Source: Mobula hypostoma
Lineage: Eukaryota
Assembly (NCBI RefSeq): GCF_963921235.1
Contig: NC_086108.1
Span: forward strand, 105,836,001 to 105,900,000
Direction: 5' to 3'
DNA length: 64,000 bases
Shown here: positions 22,825-36,859 of the stretch, piece by piece
Position numbering within the stretch: the first letter of the stretch is position 1
Layout: every line of letters starts with the position of its first letter
Notes under the pieces: model-generated
Database searches by the model: none
What the model saw: the letters and a program-made list of their open reading frames with translations, nothing else
What the model was told of the DNA's origin: nothing
Made by a program: the position numbers and the translations under genes

Positions 22825-23600
22825 GCAACACACAATCTACTGGAGAAGCTCAGCGGGTCAGGCAGTATCCATGGAGGAGAATGGACAATTGATATTTCCA
22901 GTCAGGACCCTGTCGCCTGGACTGTTAACCAGACATGAATCAACCTAGTAAAACTTCTCTCTTCAAAGCGAGTAAAACATTCCTTAATTAAGGAGATCAA
23001 AACTGTCACACAACAATTCTACTTCCCGTTTCAATTCTGCTTCCCATTCCCATTCCGACATGTCAGTCCATGGCACGTCTTGAAGTTGCCACACTCAGCC
23101 TGAAGAAGTTACACCTTATATTCCCTCTGGATAGCCGCCAAACAGATGGCATGAACACGATTTCTCAGACTTCTGGTAAATGTCCCTCCCCCTCTTCACT
23201 ATTCCCCATTCCTGTTTTCTGCTCTCATCTCATCTATTTATCCACCTGTCACCTCCCTCTGGTGCTCCTCCCCTTCCCTTTCTTCCATGATCTTCAACTC
23301 TCTCCTATTAGATTCCCCCTCCTCCAGCCCTTTATCTCTTTCACCAATCAACTTCCCAGCTCTTATGTTCACCCCTCCCCTCTCCTGATATCACCTATCA
23401 CCTTGTACTTCTTCCTCCCCTCCCCCCACCTTCTTATTCTGACCTCGTCTTTTCTTCCAGTCCCGATGAAGGGTCTCAGTCCGAAACGAATACTGTTTAC
23501 TCTTTTCCATAGATGCTACTTCGTCTCCTGAGTTCCTCCAGCGTTTTGTCTGTGTTGCTTTTCAGTTCCAGCATCTGCAGATTTTATCATGTTTGTGACA
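22825..23600 (+). mobile_element. Penelope 3' remnant with an inverted 3' end upstream
   Basis: Minus-orientation tail at 22825-22925; plus-orientation GIY-YIG remnant, pyrimidine tract and CCGATGAAGGGTCTCAGTCCGAAAC at ~23030-23595. Confidence 0.75.
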
Positions 23601-24909
23601 CTACATCACCCATAGTCCTCGCAATTCCATAGCAGTTAGCATAATGTGTCAGAGCGTTAGCGATCACCGGTCGGGCTTCGGTTGCTGCCACTGTCTGTTT
23701 GTTCTCCCCATGCCCAAGTGTGTTTCCTCCAGGACCGCCAGTTTCCACCTGCGTTCCAAAGGCGTATGGGTTAGTGAGTTGCGGACATGCGATACTGGTG
23801 GCAGAGGCATGGCAACATTTGTGGGCTGGCCCGGGTCTCTCCTAGGACTGATAATTCAGTCGTTGACGCAAAAACCATGCCATTTCACTGTATGTCTCCA
23901 TTTTTCAATATATATGTGACATAAAACTTATAATATCCTTTTCCATATCTATAAAACTGCACGAAAATTTCTTAACCTTCCTAATTATTTGATACAACTG
24001 ATCACCTATCACCTGTTAGGTAGACTCATTCTTCTCCCCCTGCTGCTTATTCTGGCACCTCACCACTTCCTTTCCAGTCTTGATGAATAGTCTCGGCCAG
24101 AAATGTCAACTGTTTATTCGTTTCCATAGACGGTGCCTGGCCTGCTGAGCTCCTCCAGCGTTTTGTGTGTGTGTTGCTCTTGATTTTCAGCATCTGCAGA
24201 ATCTCTTATAGTCAGAAATAATTTTTTATAGTGTGTCATTATGAATGTGTTCTCATCAGAACTTGCTGCTCTTATACCGTAAAACTTAATGATGTTTAAT
24301 CTGCAGCTTTAACCTCCTTTGAGCTATTTGAGAATTTCTTTGCCAGAGATAATGAATAATAATCATGTGACATTTTAGAATCAGAATCAGAATCAGGTTT
24401 AACATCACCTTCTTATTTCACGAAATTTGTTTATTGTTTTGTGGCAGCAAAACAATAAATAAACAGAACTATAAATTACATTGAGGTATATTAAAAAAAT
24501 AAATAAGTACTGTAATGCAAAAGGAGGGCAATGAAATAGTGGGGTAGTGTACATGGATTCATTGTCCATTCAGAAATCTGATGGTGGCGGGGAAGAAGCT
24601 GTTCCTAAAACATTGAGTGTGTGTCTTCAGGCTCCTGTATGTCTTCCCTGATGGTGGTAATGAGAAGAGGCCAAGTCCTGGATAATTGGGGCCCTTAATG
24701 ATGGATGCCACATTCTTGAGACATCCCTTTTTGAAGATGTCCTTGATGCGGGGGAGGCTGGTGCCCAATTATACAGCTGGCTGGGTCTGCACCGCTCTAC
24801 AGCTTCTTTCCATCCTGTGCAGTAGCCCCTCCATGCCAGATGGCGATGCAACCAGTTAGAATGCTCTCCAGTGTACATCTATAAAAATTTTCAAGTCTTT
24901 GTTCCTATC

Positions 24910-27900
24910 CAAAGATGGCGCGGTGTGCGGCAGCTATGTTGCAAGCTCCATTCCAACTTTACAGCATACTTTTAATTTCTTTGATTTGCTTTGCATTTCT
25001 TGTCCAAGTCACATAAGGTACGATAGACTGACTCTCCTGACATCGTGAAGACAGCATTTACCCCCTACGTGCCACCTTTTCTACACCGGGATCCCCTGCT
25101 TTTGTGATCAATGACAGGCTCACCTACTACACCGCCACTACCTCGGAAGCGACGTAGGAGGGAAGGGAGAAGGGCCGGCGTCCTGGTGAGGTTGAGACGG
25201 GGTGCTAACAGGCCACCACTCCCTGGTATACTCCTGGCTAACGTTCAGTCCCTGGACAGCATGCTGTGTGAACTGAGAGCCAGAATCTCCTACCAGCGGG
25301 AAACAAAGGAATGTAACGGATTGTGCTTCATGGAGACCTGGCTGACGGATGAGATACTGGATCATGCTATCGAACCCTTTGGGTTCTCCCCGTTTTGGAC
25401 GGACAGGGGTAAAAACTTCTCTGGGAAGAGTAAAGGAGGTAGGGTATGCTTCATGGTCAATAATGTCTGGTGTGACCACTGGAACGTGCACGCCCTCAAA
25501 TCCTTTTTCTCCCCGGATCTGGATTATCTGGTGCTGCTGTGTAGACCTTTCTGGCTACCTAGGGAGTTCACAGTTGTTATTATCACAGCTGTATATATTC
25601 TGCCACAAGCTGATACTGACTTGTCTCTCAACGAACTGTATGAGACCATCAGCAACTGGTGACTGCACATCTGGAAGCCTCCTTCATCGTCACCGGTGAC
25701 TTTAATAGAGCGTCACTGACTAAAGTCTCCCCAGAGTTTTGCCAACACATCCAGCTGAGCACACAGGGAGATAGCATACTTGACCACTGCTTCTCTCCCT
25801 TCCGCAATGCTTACAAAGCATTCCTCCACCACCCCACCACCCCCTCTTTGGAAAATCAGATCATTCCTCCATTTTGCTATTGCCAAAGTACAGGCAGAAG
25901 CTGAAACAAGAGGCAATAGACAATAGACAATAGGCAATAGGTGCAGGAGTAGGCCATTTGGCCCTTCGAGCCAGCACTGCCATTCGCTGTGATCATGGCT
26001 GATCATCCACAATCAGTATCCAGTTCCTGCCTTATCCCCATAGTTATCCTCATAGGCGGCCATAGTTAAAACTGTCCATTGTTGGTCCAGCCAATTGGCC
26101 TCCATGCTATAGGACTGCTTTGATGACATCGACTGGAATATCTTCCACGATGAGGATGTCTCCGAGTTCACGGAAGGGGTCACGAGTTTCATGCAGAAGT
26201 GCATCGAGGATGCTGTCCCCCTGAAATCGGTCAGGGTCTATCCAAACCAGAAATCCTGGATCAACAGTCGTGTGCGAGACAGCGCTCACATTGCTGGTAA
26301 TTAGCAGGAGCTCAAGAAGTGCAGCTACAGTCCGCACAAAGTCGTCAAGGCAGTGAAACAACAATAGAGAGACAAGATTCAGACTCAACTTTCCACCAAT
26401 AACACACGCAGCTTATGGCAAGGACTGCACACCGTCGCAGGCTTCAAAGCTAAATGCAGGGGAGTTTCCAGCATCACTGCCTCTCTGCCAGAGGAGCTAA
26501 ATCTTTTTCACTCTCGATTCAATGTCGCCAATACTGAGCCCCTGAGGAGACCTGCAGATGATGCGACCGGCAGCTTGGTCATCTCTGAGGCCGAAGTATG
26601 CAGGTGTTTCCAACAAAGACTGTCGCAAGGCCACGGGACCGGACGGCATCCCAGGGCGGGTATTCAGGATGTGCGTGGCACAACTGGCAGGTGTGTTTAC
26701 AGAAATTTTTAATCTCTCTCTCTCCCAGTGTAGAGTGCCCTCCTGCTTTAAAACATCTACCATTGTCCCTGTACCTAAAAAGACCAAGATAACATGTCTG
26801 AATGACTGGTGTCCTGTTGCGCTCACCTCAATAATAAGCAAAAGCTTTGAGAGGCTGGTCAAGGACCACATCTGTAGCATGCTGCCTCCCATACTGGATC
26901 CCCTACAATTCACAGCCGATCAACAGATGACACAATAGCCACAGCTCTACACACTGATTACACATCTGGAGAAGAGGGATGCTTATGTGAGAATGCTGTT
27001 CTTGGACTACAGTTCAGCATTCAGCACCATAATTCCCACCAAGTTTGACAATAAGCAGGGAGACCTCAGTCTTCACCTTGCCTTGTGTAACTGGATCCTG
27101 GACTTCCTGTCAGGTGGTAAGAGTGGGCTCCCTTACCTCTGCCCCTTTGACCCTCAACACAGATGCCCCTCAGGGCTGTGTCCTAAGCCCCCTCCTTTAC
27201 TCTCAGTATACCCATGACAGTGTCGCCACCCAGAGCTCCAATCTGCTAATTAAATTTGCTGATGGCACTACACTGATTGGCCTTATCTCAAATAATAATG
27301 AGGCAGCCTTCAGAGACAGTGGTGTCAAGAAAACAACCTCTCCCTCAATGTCGCAAAAACAAAGGAGCTGGTTGTGGATTACAGGAGGAATGGAGACAGG
27401 CTAACCCCTATTGACATCAATGGATCTGGGGTTGAGAGGGTGAACAGCTTTAAGTTTTTCGGCATAAACATCACCAAGGATCTCACGTGTTCTGTACATA
27501 CCGGTTGTGTACAAAAGCGCCTCTTTCACCTCAGAACTGTACCTCCTTTAATCGCAGGACTCTACAGAGTGTGGTGCAGACAGCCCGGTGCATCTGCAGA
27601 TGTGAACTTCCCATTTTTCAGGATATTTACAAAGACGGGTGTGTAAAAAGGGCCCAAGGGATCATTGGGGACCCCGTGTCACCCCAACCACAAACTATTC
27701 CAGCTGCTACCATCCAGAAAACGGTACCACAGCATAAAAGCCAGGACCAACAGACTCCGGGACAACTTCCTCCACCAGGCCATTAGACTGCTTAATTCAT
27801 GCCGACACAACTGTATTTCTATGTTATATTGACTATCCTATGGGAAAAATATTTATTTTGAATTGCTATAATTGCACATTGCACACTTAGACAGAGCCAT

Positions 27901-27960
27901 AACGTGAAGTATGAAGGAAGTAAGTAATAAAGTCAACTCAATTCACTGCAATTCAACTCC
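24910..27960 (+). mobile_element. Near full-length, degenerate Rex1/Babar LINE (5' UTR, endonuclease, RT, tail)
   Basis: Starts AAGATGGCG. Endonuclease motifs ILLANVQSL, CFMETWL, CRPFWLPREF, GDFN; RT motifs [37 protein letters not shown]; (AATTC)-like tail. Confidence 0.9.
25915..26045 (-). mobile_element. CR1 3' tail inserted in the Rex1 element
   Basis: (CAATAGA)n plus GTGCAGGAGTAGGCCATTTGGCCC interrupts the Rex1 reading frame. Confidence 0.75.
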
Positions 27961-30016
27961 TCAAGCTCTAATGGAATATAACTGTTGCCATGTCTTCTTT
28001 GTAATTGCATCAAAATGTTGGACCCAGGACAGATCTTCAGAGATGTTCACATCCAGGAACTTTAAAACTGCTCACCCTTTCCACTGCTGACCCCTCGATG
28101 AAGACTGGTGCGTGTTCCTCAACTTCCCCTTTCTGAAGTCCACAATCAATTCCTTGGTCTTTCTGACATTGAAAATGTTGTTGTTGGAAAACCACTTAAA
28201 CAGCTGATCTCTGCCCCTCATCATCATTTATCATTTGAATTTCCTCCAATGATAGTCGTTCTGCCAGCAATAGAGCTCCAATATATAAGATGTACTGAAT
28301 GCAAATTCAGCAGGACCTGAGTTGGGAATTGAGTGCATGAGCTGTAGGGAAATTTGTATACCTTAGGACTTTATTTTCTGGAACATAGGAGAATGAGGGG
28401 GGATTTGATAGAGATATACAAAATTATGAAGGTTATAGATTGGATGAATGCAAGTAGGCAAACTAGAGGTCATCGGTTAAGTGTGAAAGATCAAAAGGTT
28501 ATGAGGAACATAACGGGAAATGCGTCAATCAGAGGGTGGTGAGAGTGTGGAACGAGCTTCCAGTGGAAATAAAGGCTGTGTATTGATTTCAACATTTAAG
28601 AGAAATTTGGACAGGTATATTGATTGGAGATGTATAGAGGGCTATGGTCCAGGTGCTGCTCGATGGGATGAGGTAGAATAATATTTTAGCATGGAATAGA
28701 TGGGCCAAAGGATTTGTTTCTGTGCTGTAGTGTTCATGATTCCATGACTCCATGAAATTTTCCAACCCCGTTGTCCAGCCTTTGCCTTGTTACCCTTAAC
28801 CCACTTATCAGTCAAAAACCTGTCAATCGCTTTCTTAAATATACCCAATGACTTGGCCGTCACAACCCTTTGTGACAATTAACTCCACAAATTCACCATC
28901 TCGGGCTGAAGAAATTATCCCTCATTTCAATTCTAAAGGGGCACCATTTTATTCTGACGCTGTGCCCTCAGATCCTATACAGCACCAGAAGCTCATATGA
29001 GCATTCACAACCTGCTCCCATGGCTTCATGTGACCCTGATCTGGAGACTAATCAGGTGCTACATCTTGCCCAAGGTTGACCTACAGGCTAGCAGAAGAAA
29101 GGAGCACCTTTACTTCCTTTGGTAGAGATGTATCTCCACCCATCAACATTATTGCTGAATCTAAATCTTGGAACTCCTGGCCAATGGCAATTATTCTTCT
29201 GCAGAATAATTGTATTTCAACGAGGCTGCACACCACTTCATTCCCATGAGCGGCAAGATTTTGATGGCCAATGATACTGATGACAATTAACAAATAATTT
29301 TTTAAAGGAATGACAAAAATTAATATAACATTTCTTTCTATAATGGTGTTTACTTGTTGAAACAACATGGTTTAGGAGGTTGGCATTACTCTCCATAAGT
29401 TTTTCCTCCACTTGGTCCTTTGTTAATATTTCAGCAGGTGAGACACACCCTTCCAGTCCAAAAAGCCTGCGATGCCCAATCACACCCATGTGACCAGTTA
29501 ACCTACTAACAGCTACAACTTTGGAATATTGGAGGACACTGGAGCACAATGACGAAACCCACATGGTCACAGGAAGTATGTACAAACTCCTCACAGACCG
29601 TTGTAGAATTGAACCCAGGTTGCTGGAGCTGTAACAGTGATGCTAAGCTCTACACTACCGTGTCACCCCATACATCCAAGATACTCTGCAGTTTTGGATT
29701 CACTGGTGGATTCATCTATAAAGGCTCTGGCTATGCTGCTTCTGCAATTGATGTGGGGATTTCAGCCAACAATGGGGCAATTTCTTCACGCAGAGGTAGT
29801 GCGTGCATGGAGTGAGCTGCCAGAGGAGGTGGTTGAGGCAGGAACAATAGCAACAACTAAAACACATTTGGACAGGTACATGGATAGAAGGGGTTCAAAG
29901 TTCAAAGTAAGTTTATTCTCAAAGTAGGTATATATAACCGTATACTACCCTAAGATCCAATTTCTTGCAGACATTCCTGGTAGAACAAAGAAATACAATA
30001 GATTTAATGAAACATT

Positions 30017-30177
30017 CTCTCTCTTCTCTCTCTTCGGTTATCCATCAAAATCCGATGACGACGTCCACTCCTTTAACGGTGAGATCTTTGATGATTATAC
30101 AGTCCTATCCTGGACCCACAGACTCTATTGCAGGTGGGACACGTATATGTGGTAGTGGTGGCAACCATGGCACCATT
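30017..30177 (-). mobile_element. 5'-truncated RTE-clade LINE 3' end with C2H2 zinc finger
   Basis: YTCPTCNRVCGSRIGLYNHQRSHR*, then tail CATCGGATTTTGATGGATAACCGAAGAG. TSD ATGAAACATT at 30007-30016 and 30178-30187. Confidence 0.85.
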
Positions 30178-30351
30178 ATGAAACATTACACTCAGACTAA
30201 CAAACATGCAGTCAGTGTGCAAAAGAACACAAACTGCGGAAATATAAAAATGATAAATAAACAAATAGATATTGAAAACATAAGCTGTAGAGTTCTTGAA
30301 CATGAGTCGATAGGTTGTGGAAATCAGTTCAGAGTTGTGGTGAATGAATTA

Positions 30352-32131
30352 CCATAGAACCATAGAAACTACAGCACAGAAACAGGCCTTTTGGCCCTTC
30401 TTGGCTGTGCCGAACCATTTTCTGCCTAGTCCCACTGACCTGCACACGGACCATATCCCTCCATACTCCTCCCATCCACGTATCTGTCCAATTTATTCTT
30501 AAATGTTAATAAAGAACCTGCATTTACCACCTCATCTGGCAGCTCATTCCATACTCCCACCACTCTCTGTGTGAAGAAGCCCCCACTAATGTTCCCTTTA
30601 AACTTTTCACCCCTCACCCTAAACCCATGTCCTCTGGTTTTTTTCTCCCCTTGCCTCAGTGGAAAAAGCCTGCTTGCATTCACTCTATCCATATCCATCA
30701 TAATTTTATATACCTCTATCAAATCTCCCCTCATTCTTCTACGCTCCAGGGAATAAAGTTCTAACCTATTCAACCTTTCTCTGTAACTGAGTTTCTCAAG
30801 TCCTGGCAACATCCTTGTAAACCTTCTCTGCACTCTTTCAACCTTATTTTTATCCTTCCTGTAATTTGGTGACCAAAACTGAACACAATACTCCAGATTC
30901 GGCCTCACCAATACCTTATACAACCTCATCATAACATTCCTGCTCTTATATTCAATACTTTGATTAATAAAGGCCAATGTACCAAAAGCTTTCTTTACGA
31001 CCCTATCTACTTGTGACGCCACTTTTAGGGTATTTTGTATTCCCAGATCCCTCTGTTCTACTGCACTCCTCAGTGCCTTACCATTAACCCTGTATGTTCT
31101 ATGTTGGTTTGTCCTTCCAACATGCAATACCTCACCCTTGTCAGTATTAAACTCCATCTGCCATTTTTCAGCCCATTTTTCCAGCTGGTCCAAGTCCCTC
31201 TGCAGGCTCTGAAAACCTTCCTCACTGTCTACTACACCTCCAATCTTTGTATCATCAGCAAACTTGCTGATCCAATTTACCACATTATCATCCAGATCAT
31301 TGATATAGATGACAAATAACAATGGACCCAGCACTGATCCCTGTGGCACACCACTAGTCACAGGCCTCCACTCAGAGAAGCAATTCTCTACCACCACTCT
31401 CTGGCTTCTTCCATCGAGCCAATGCCTAATCCAATTTACCACCTCTCCATGTATACCTAACGACTGAATTTTCCTAACTAACCTCCCATGCGGGACCTTG
31501 TCAAAGGCCTTACTGAATTCCATGTAGACAATATCCACTGCCTTCCCTTCATCCACTTTCCGGGTAACTTCCTCGAAAAACTCCAATAGATTGGTCAAAC
31601 ATGACCTGCCACGCACAAAGCCATGTTGACTCTCCCTAATAAGTCCCTGTCTATCCAAATGCTTGTAGATTCTGTCTCTTAGTACTCCCTCCAATAACTT
31701 ACCTACTACCGATGTTAAACTCACCGGCCTATAATTTCCCGGATTACTTTTCGATCCTTTTTTAAACAACGGAACAACATGAGCCACTCTCCAATCCTCC
31801 GGCACCTCATCTGTAGACAACGACATTTTAAATATTTCTGCCAGGGCCCCCACAATTTCAACACTAGTCTCCTTCAAGGTCCGAGGGAACACTCTGTCAG
31901 GTCCCGGGGATTTATCCACTTTAATTTTCCTCAAGACAGCAAGCACCTCCTCCTTTTCAATCTGTACAGATTCCATGATCTCACTACTTGATTCCCTCAA
32001 TTCCATAGACTTCATGCCAGTTTCCTTAGTAAATACAGATGCAAAAAACCTATTTAAGATCTCCCCCATTTCCTTTGGTGCGGCACAAAGCCGACCACTC
32101 TGATGGTTCCACACGTAGCCGACCACTCTGA
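30352..32131 (-). mobile_element. Young CR1 LINE (second subfamily), 5'-truncated
   Basis: Uninterrupted 566-aa ORF and (TTCTATGG)n tail. Confidence 0.95.
30426..32126 (-). CDS. CR1 ORF2 reverse transcriptase, open reading frame intact over 1.7 kb
   Basis: KSPGPD, NYRPVSLTS, QHGF, FSKAFDKVPH, GVPQGSVLGP, KFADDTK, LEYCVQFWSP. Confidence 0.92.
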   Translation of the reverse strand: MVGYVWNHQSGRLCAAPKEMGEILNRFFASVFTKETGMKSMELRESSSEIMESVQIEKEEVLAVLRKIKVDKSPGPDRVFPRTLKETSVEIVGALAEIFKMSLSTDEVPEDWRVAHVVPLFKKGSKSNPGNYRPVSLTSVVGKLLEGVLRDRIYKHLDRQGLIRESQHGFVRGRSCLTNLLEFFEEVTRKVDEGKAVDIVYMEFSKAFDKVPHGRLVRKIQSLGIHGEVVNWIRHWLDGRSQRVVVENCFSEWRPVTSGVPQGSVLGPLLFVIYINDLDDNVVNWISKFADDTKIGGVVDSEEGFQSLQRDLDQLEKWAEKWQMEFNTDKGEVLHVGRTNQHRTYRVNGKALRSAVEQRDLGIQNTLKVASQVDRVVKKAFGTLAFINQSIEYKSRNVMMRLYKVLVRPNLEYCVQFWSPNYRKDKNKVERVQRRFTRMLPGLEKLSYRERLNRLELYSLERRRMRGDLIEVYKIMMDMDRVNASRLFPLRQGEKKTRGHGFRVRGEKFKGNISGGFFTQRVVGVWNELPDEVVNAGSLLTFKNKLDRYVDGRSMEGYGPCAGQWD

Positions 32132-32542
32132 AATATCCCCATTCATTCAGGACCCTGATTACTGAATGGTAGTAACTGTTCCTGAACCTGGTGGTGTGGG
32201 GCCTAAGGCTCCTGTACCTCCTTCCTGATGGTAGCAGTGAGAAGAGAGCCTGGCCTAGGTGGTGAGAGTCCTTGATGATGGAGGCTGCTTTGTTGTGGCT
32301 TCTTTAAGGTGTGCTTAATGGTGAGGAGAGCTTTTCCTGTGGTGGTCTGGGGGGTGTCTACTACTTTAGAGGTTCAGAGAGACATGGACCAAAAGCAGGC
32401 AAGCACATGCAAGATAAGAGCCAATGATATCATCTACTTCAGCATCATCAGTGCCAACTGGACAGAGGGATTACTGCCTTTGTACCTGACGCCTCTCAAG
32501 AAAGGATCCATCCAGCTCAGATGGTCCAACACTTCTGGGACC

Positions 32543-32900
32543 TTTTTTTTTACAAAACTACACAAGTTTATTCACTCACAAAATACACGCAACGATCAGG
32601 GATTTTACAATTTCAAATTGAAATGTGGTTACTATCATCTACAAAATATGCAGTTCCCTGGGGGGGGAGGGGTATGCCAGCATTCTGGGAAATTCCACAA
32701 TCTGTCCACAGTGACCACGTACTCCCTCTCCAAGGACATGAATATAACCCCTGAAGAGGAGCAAGCAGTCAGCTTGGGCAGAGCCCTTGACTGCCCACAA
32801 TCTGGATCACATGAAGAGATGGCTATCTTAGCCAGCCTCAGGACCGAGCCAAAACAGCAGATTCTCCAAGCGACCCCCCCCCCCCGCTCCATACTGGATG
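32543..32900 (-). mobile_element. Tx1-clade LINE 3' end with polyA signal and A-tail
   Basis: Minus translation LRLAKIAI..(LFRGYI)..SLEREYVVTVDRLWNFPECW matches the Tx1 ORF2 C-terminus; ends AATAAACTTGTGTAGTTTTGT followed by A9. Confidence 0.75.
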
Positions 32901-35900
32901 ACCTTTGCAGCGCTTGGACTTAATAATTCTTTCAACTCAAAACAAAAGGCAAAACTAAACAACGCCAAAAAAAAGACCTTGGCAAACTTGAGAAGATTGT
33001 GGGCAGAATTCATGGGAACCAGACCTGAATAACAACAAAAATAAAACAATTTAGATATATTTCAGGAGACTGTTCTTATGAATTTGAGAGAAAAAGCATG
33101 GGAACAAGAGAATATAGATAAGATTTCAATTATCTAAGACAAATATTTGAAAGGAAAATATTTAGTGTGAGAACCACAGATAACTAGTGGTACAAAAGTC
33201 AAATTTTGAGGGGTTTTGGTCTCACCTTTGACCCCTTGGGTTGGAGTGCATTACCCACCATGGGGAAGAAAGTTGCATCTATAAGGGAGCTGCCTTAGTC
33301 CAGTTCTAAGCTGGCCATGGACCTAAAGATAGATTTAAATTGTCATAGAGAGATATAATATGGAAACAGGCCCTTCATCCCATCAAATCCATGCCAAGCA
33401 TCAACTACCCATTAACACTAATCTTAAATGAAGCTCATATTTTTATTCCCTCACATTTCTATAATTTCCTGTCAGGTTCTGTCACTCATCTACACAATAA
33501 GATCAATTTATCATGGACAATTTATCTACTACTCCACACATCTTTGGAATACGGGAGGAAATTAGACACATGGAGGAAACCCAGGAGGTCACCGGAAGAG
33601 TAAGTAAACTCTATAAGGACAATACACAAGGTTATTATCAAACCCAGATCTCTGGTGCAGTTGAGTTTAAGGCTCTACCAACTGTACCACTGTGCTGCCG
33701 TCCCATAAGTCCATAAGGCATAAGAGCAGAATTAGGTTATTTGGCCCTTTAAGTCTGCTCCGCCATTTCATCATGACTATCTATTTTCCATTTTCAGCAG
33801 TTTTCAGCCTCTTATCTAAGAAGGAATATGCTAGCATTGGAGAGGATCCAGGGGAGATTCACAAGAATGTTCCCAGGGGTTAATGTATGAGGAGTGTTTG
33901 CTCCTCGTTAGAGTTTAGAAGAATGAGAAGGATCACCTTGAAACCTCTCGAATATTGACAGACCTGGATGGAGTGGACATAGCAACACACAAACAAAATG
34001 CTGGAGGAACTCACCAGGCTAGGTAGCATCTATGGAAAAAAGTATAGTCAATGTTTTGGGCCGAGACCCTTCAGTCCTGCCCCTGCAGATTTCTTCTTGT
34101 TTGTAGAGTGGACAACGAATAGTTATGGAAGGCTATCTGTCCATTAAGGATGCCTGCCATAGGACCAAAAGGCAAAGAAGCAGAATTAGACCATTTGGCC
34201 ACTCTTCAATCACGATTGATTTATTATCCCCCTCAATCCCATTCTCCCGCTTTCTCCCTGGCCTGGAGTAATGCACTTTGAAGAATGTCTGGATGAAGGT
34301 ATGTGATGACCCTGGATGGACTGGGCAGTGTTCACCATTCTCTGCAGGCTCCGTCGGTCCACTGCGAAGCAATTGCTGAGCCACCCTGAGGTGCAACTTG
34401 TCAGGATACATCCTGTAGCACAAGTGTAGAAACCTCATGAACAATCCAAATTTTCTCGGGAGCCCAAAAATATACATGCATGGTTACATTTTCCAGATCA
34501 TCACATTGATGTGGAGGCACCAGATGATGGTATCGCTTGACTGGTGCTTGGCAGGAGCAAGGTGAAATGTTGGTGATCTGGTTGGGAACACGTGTCCATA
34601 GTTAGAAGCCGAGGAGGAAAAGTTTTAAGTTCCATACATTCGTTCTCTACCTGCCTGAGAACTGTGCACCTTGGCTGAAAAACGTTCTGTTTCTCAGAAC
34701 TATTACCACTCACCTTGAGTTATAAAAGAAAATTAAATTGTAGAGAGCAATAACAGAAGCCAAAGGACATTTTTGTTTGCTCTCCGTATAGCAGGCAGGA
34801 AGCTAAAGATCAGATAGAAGTTTTTTCAATGATTAGTTAAGAAGAAATATTGCAACAAGGAAATAGAAGCTGGGTCTTTGATGGAAGACATTCATCCTCT
34901 GAGCCATTGCAAATGAAAGTTTGGATTCTGTCCTTCTGCTTTGTGAATCTAATTCAAGTCTTGCCGATGCTTAGAGAGATTTTGATGTCTACTAGGTGTG
35001 TAAGCCAGGTGTGATATACCATAAATCTTCAAGGACATCAAAGTGGATCTGAGCCAAAATGTGGAAAATTATTCCCAGACATTCATAAATGCTGGACATG
35101 TCCCTCAGGAACATCAGGAGACGATTAATATCTTGAGATAGGAAAATAGGAATAAAAGAAGCTCATTTATTTCCCCAGTGCTTATTTCTCTATTCAACAT
35201 GATCACGACCCACTGGTGACCTCATTCCACAGATCTATCTGTACTAATTTTAGTTAACAATGATCCATTAATTTTGGCTTTAAAATTAGCAATTGACTGA
35301 GAATTAATTGCCCTTTATTGAAATGTAGTGGAGATTGTCATGAAAAAAAATGTAGGGGACAAATCATCTCAGACTGACATTGGATGAAATATGAGATGCA
35401 ATCATATTTCTCCTAAAGATGATTAAAATGTTCTGATTTGATCTTAAAACCAACAGGTTAAGTCACATTAACTTGCTGCAAGGTAACCAAAAGATTACAA
35501 GACCACTGGCTGGATATATCAAAGTTCAAAGTACATTTATTATCAAAGTCTGTATACATTATACAACCTTGAGATTGGCCTCCTAATAGGCAGCAAAAAG
35601 CAAAGAAATCCAAAAAAAGCATTACAAAAGGAAGAGCATCAACCACCCAAAGTGCAGAGGAAAAAAACAAATCATGCAAACAATAAACACAACTGAAATC
35701 CACGACGATAGTCCTACGCATAGAGCCTTAGTTCAGCTCAGAACGGAGCTGTGAGTGGAACTGGCTCACCCCTTTCCTTGGACCCTGACACCCTGACCTT
35801 TCCAATCTCGCCCGGCGCTTAAATCGTCTAAACATCAAGTTCTGTCACTTCGATGCGCTCTGGGATCCGGACCCCACCTCTTTGATTTGGCCTGTACCCG

Positions 35901-36061
35901 ACCTTCCTGATTCGGCTTGGCACGTAAATCAATTCAACCTTTGGTCTTCCTCGCTCTTGGTGATGTGCCCACTGCCCCGTCTCACCTCGGTTCTGTCACA
36001 TCAAATTGCCTCCAAGTCCAAAGGGAAGTTACAGGCTATTGTTTGCGGTGACCGTTTGCAC

Positions 36062-36744
36062 AGATTAGATTAGATTAGATTATGAGGACACTCAGTCCTC
36101 GTTTAATGTCATTTAGAAATGCATGCATTAAAAAATGATACAATGTTTCTCCAGAAAGATATCACAGAAACACGGGACAAACCAAGACTAAAACTGACAA
36201 AACCACAAATTATAACATATAGTTACAACAGTGCAAAGCAATACCGTAATTTGATAAAGATCAGACCATAGGCACGGTAAAAAAAAGTCTCAAATATCCG
36301 TTAGCCTCATCATCTCACGCAAACGGTAGAAAGGAGGAACTCTCCCTGCCATGAACCTCCAAGCGCTGCCAACTTGCCAATGCAGCACCATTAGAAGCAC
36401 TCGACTGCAGCGGACTCTGAATCCGTCCGAAAACTTCGAGCCTCCGACCAGCCCTCCGACACCGAGCACCGAGCACCATCCTTTGCTGAGCATATCGACC
36501 CCGCCCCGGCCGCTGAGCAACAAGCAAAGCCGAGGACTCGGGGCCTTCCCCTCCGGAGATTCTGGATCACACAGTAACAGCGGCAGCGAAGCAGGCATTT
36601 CAGAAGTTTCACCAGATGTTCCTCCGTACTCTCACATCTGTCTCCATCAAATCAGGATTGTACACGGCCCCCTACTTGACAAATAACAGACATCACCACC
36701 GGAGTGTCCGTTGCAAGCTGCGTCGCGCCGCCATCTTCTCCTCC
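36062..36744 (-). mobile_element. Second copy of the AAGATGGCG-headed SINE-like family, (TCTAA)n tail
   Basis: Starts GGAGGAGAAGATGGCGGCG on the minus strand; perfect hairpin GAGGAC-TGAGT-GTCCTC at 36084-36100. Confidence 0.8.
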
Positions 36745-36859
36745 TGCTGTGATTATCAAAGTATTTGACTGTTTTCTTTGTTGCATAGCCTCCAGCCAGA
36801 ACTTGTTGAGATTAACCGATGCCATTTTAAGCAAGTATTTAAATGGTAAATTAATTTAG

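Noticed and set aside
30073..30160. C2H2 zinc-finger host gene exon
   Set aside because: It is the RTE ORF C-terminal finger, followed by the RTE tail and bounded by a TSD.
32309..32923. 204-aa plus-strand ORF that looked like a novel gene
   Set aside because: It starts in a LINE fragment and is largely antisense to a polyadenylated Tx1 3' end; no recognisable domain.
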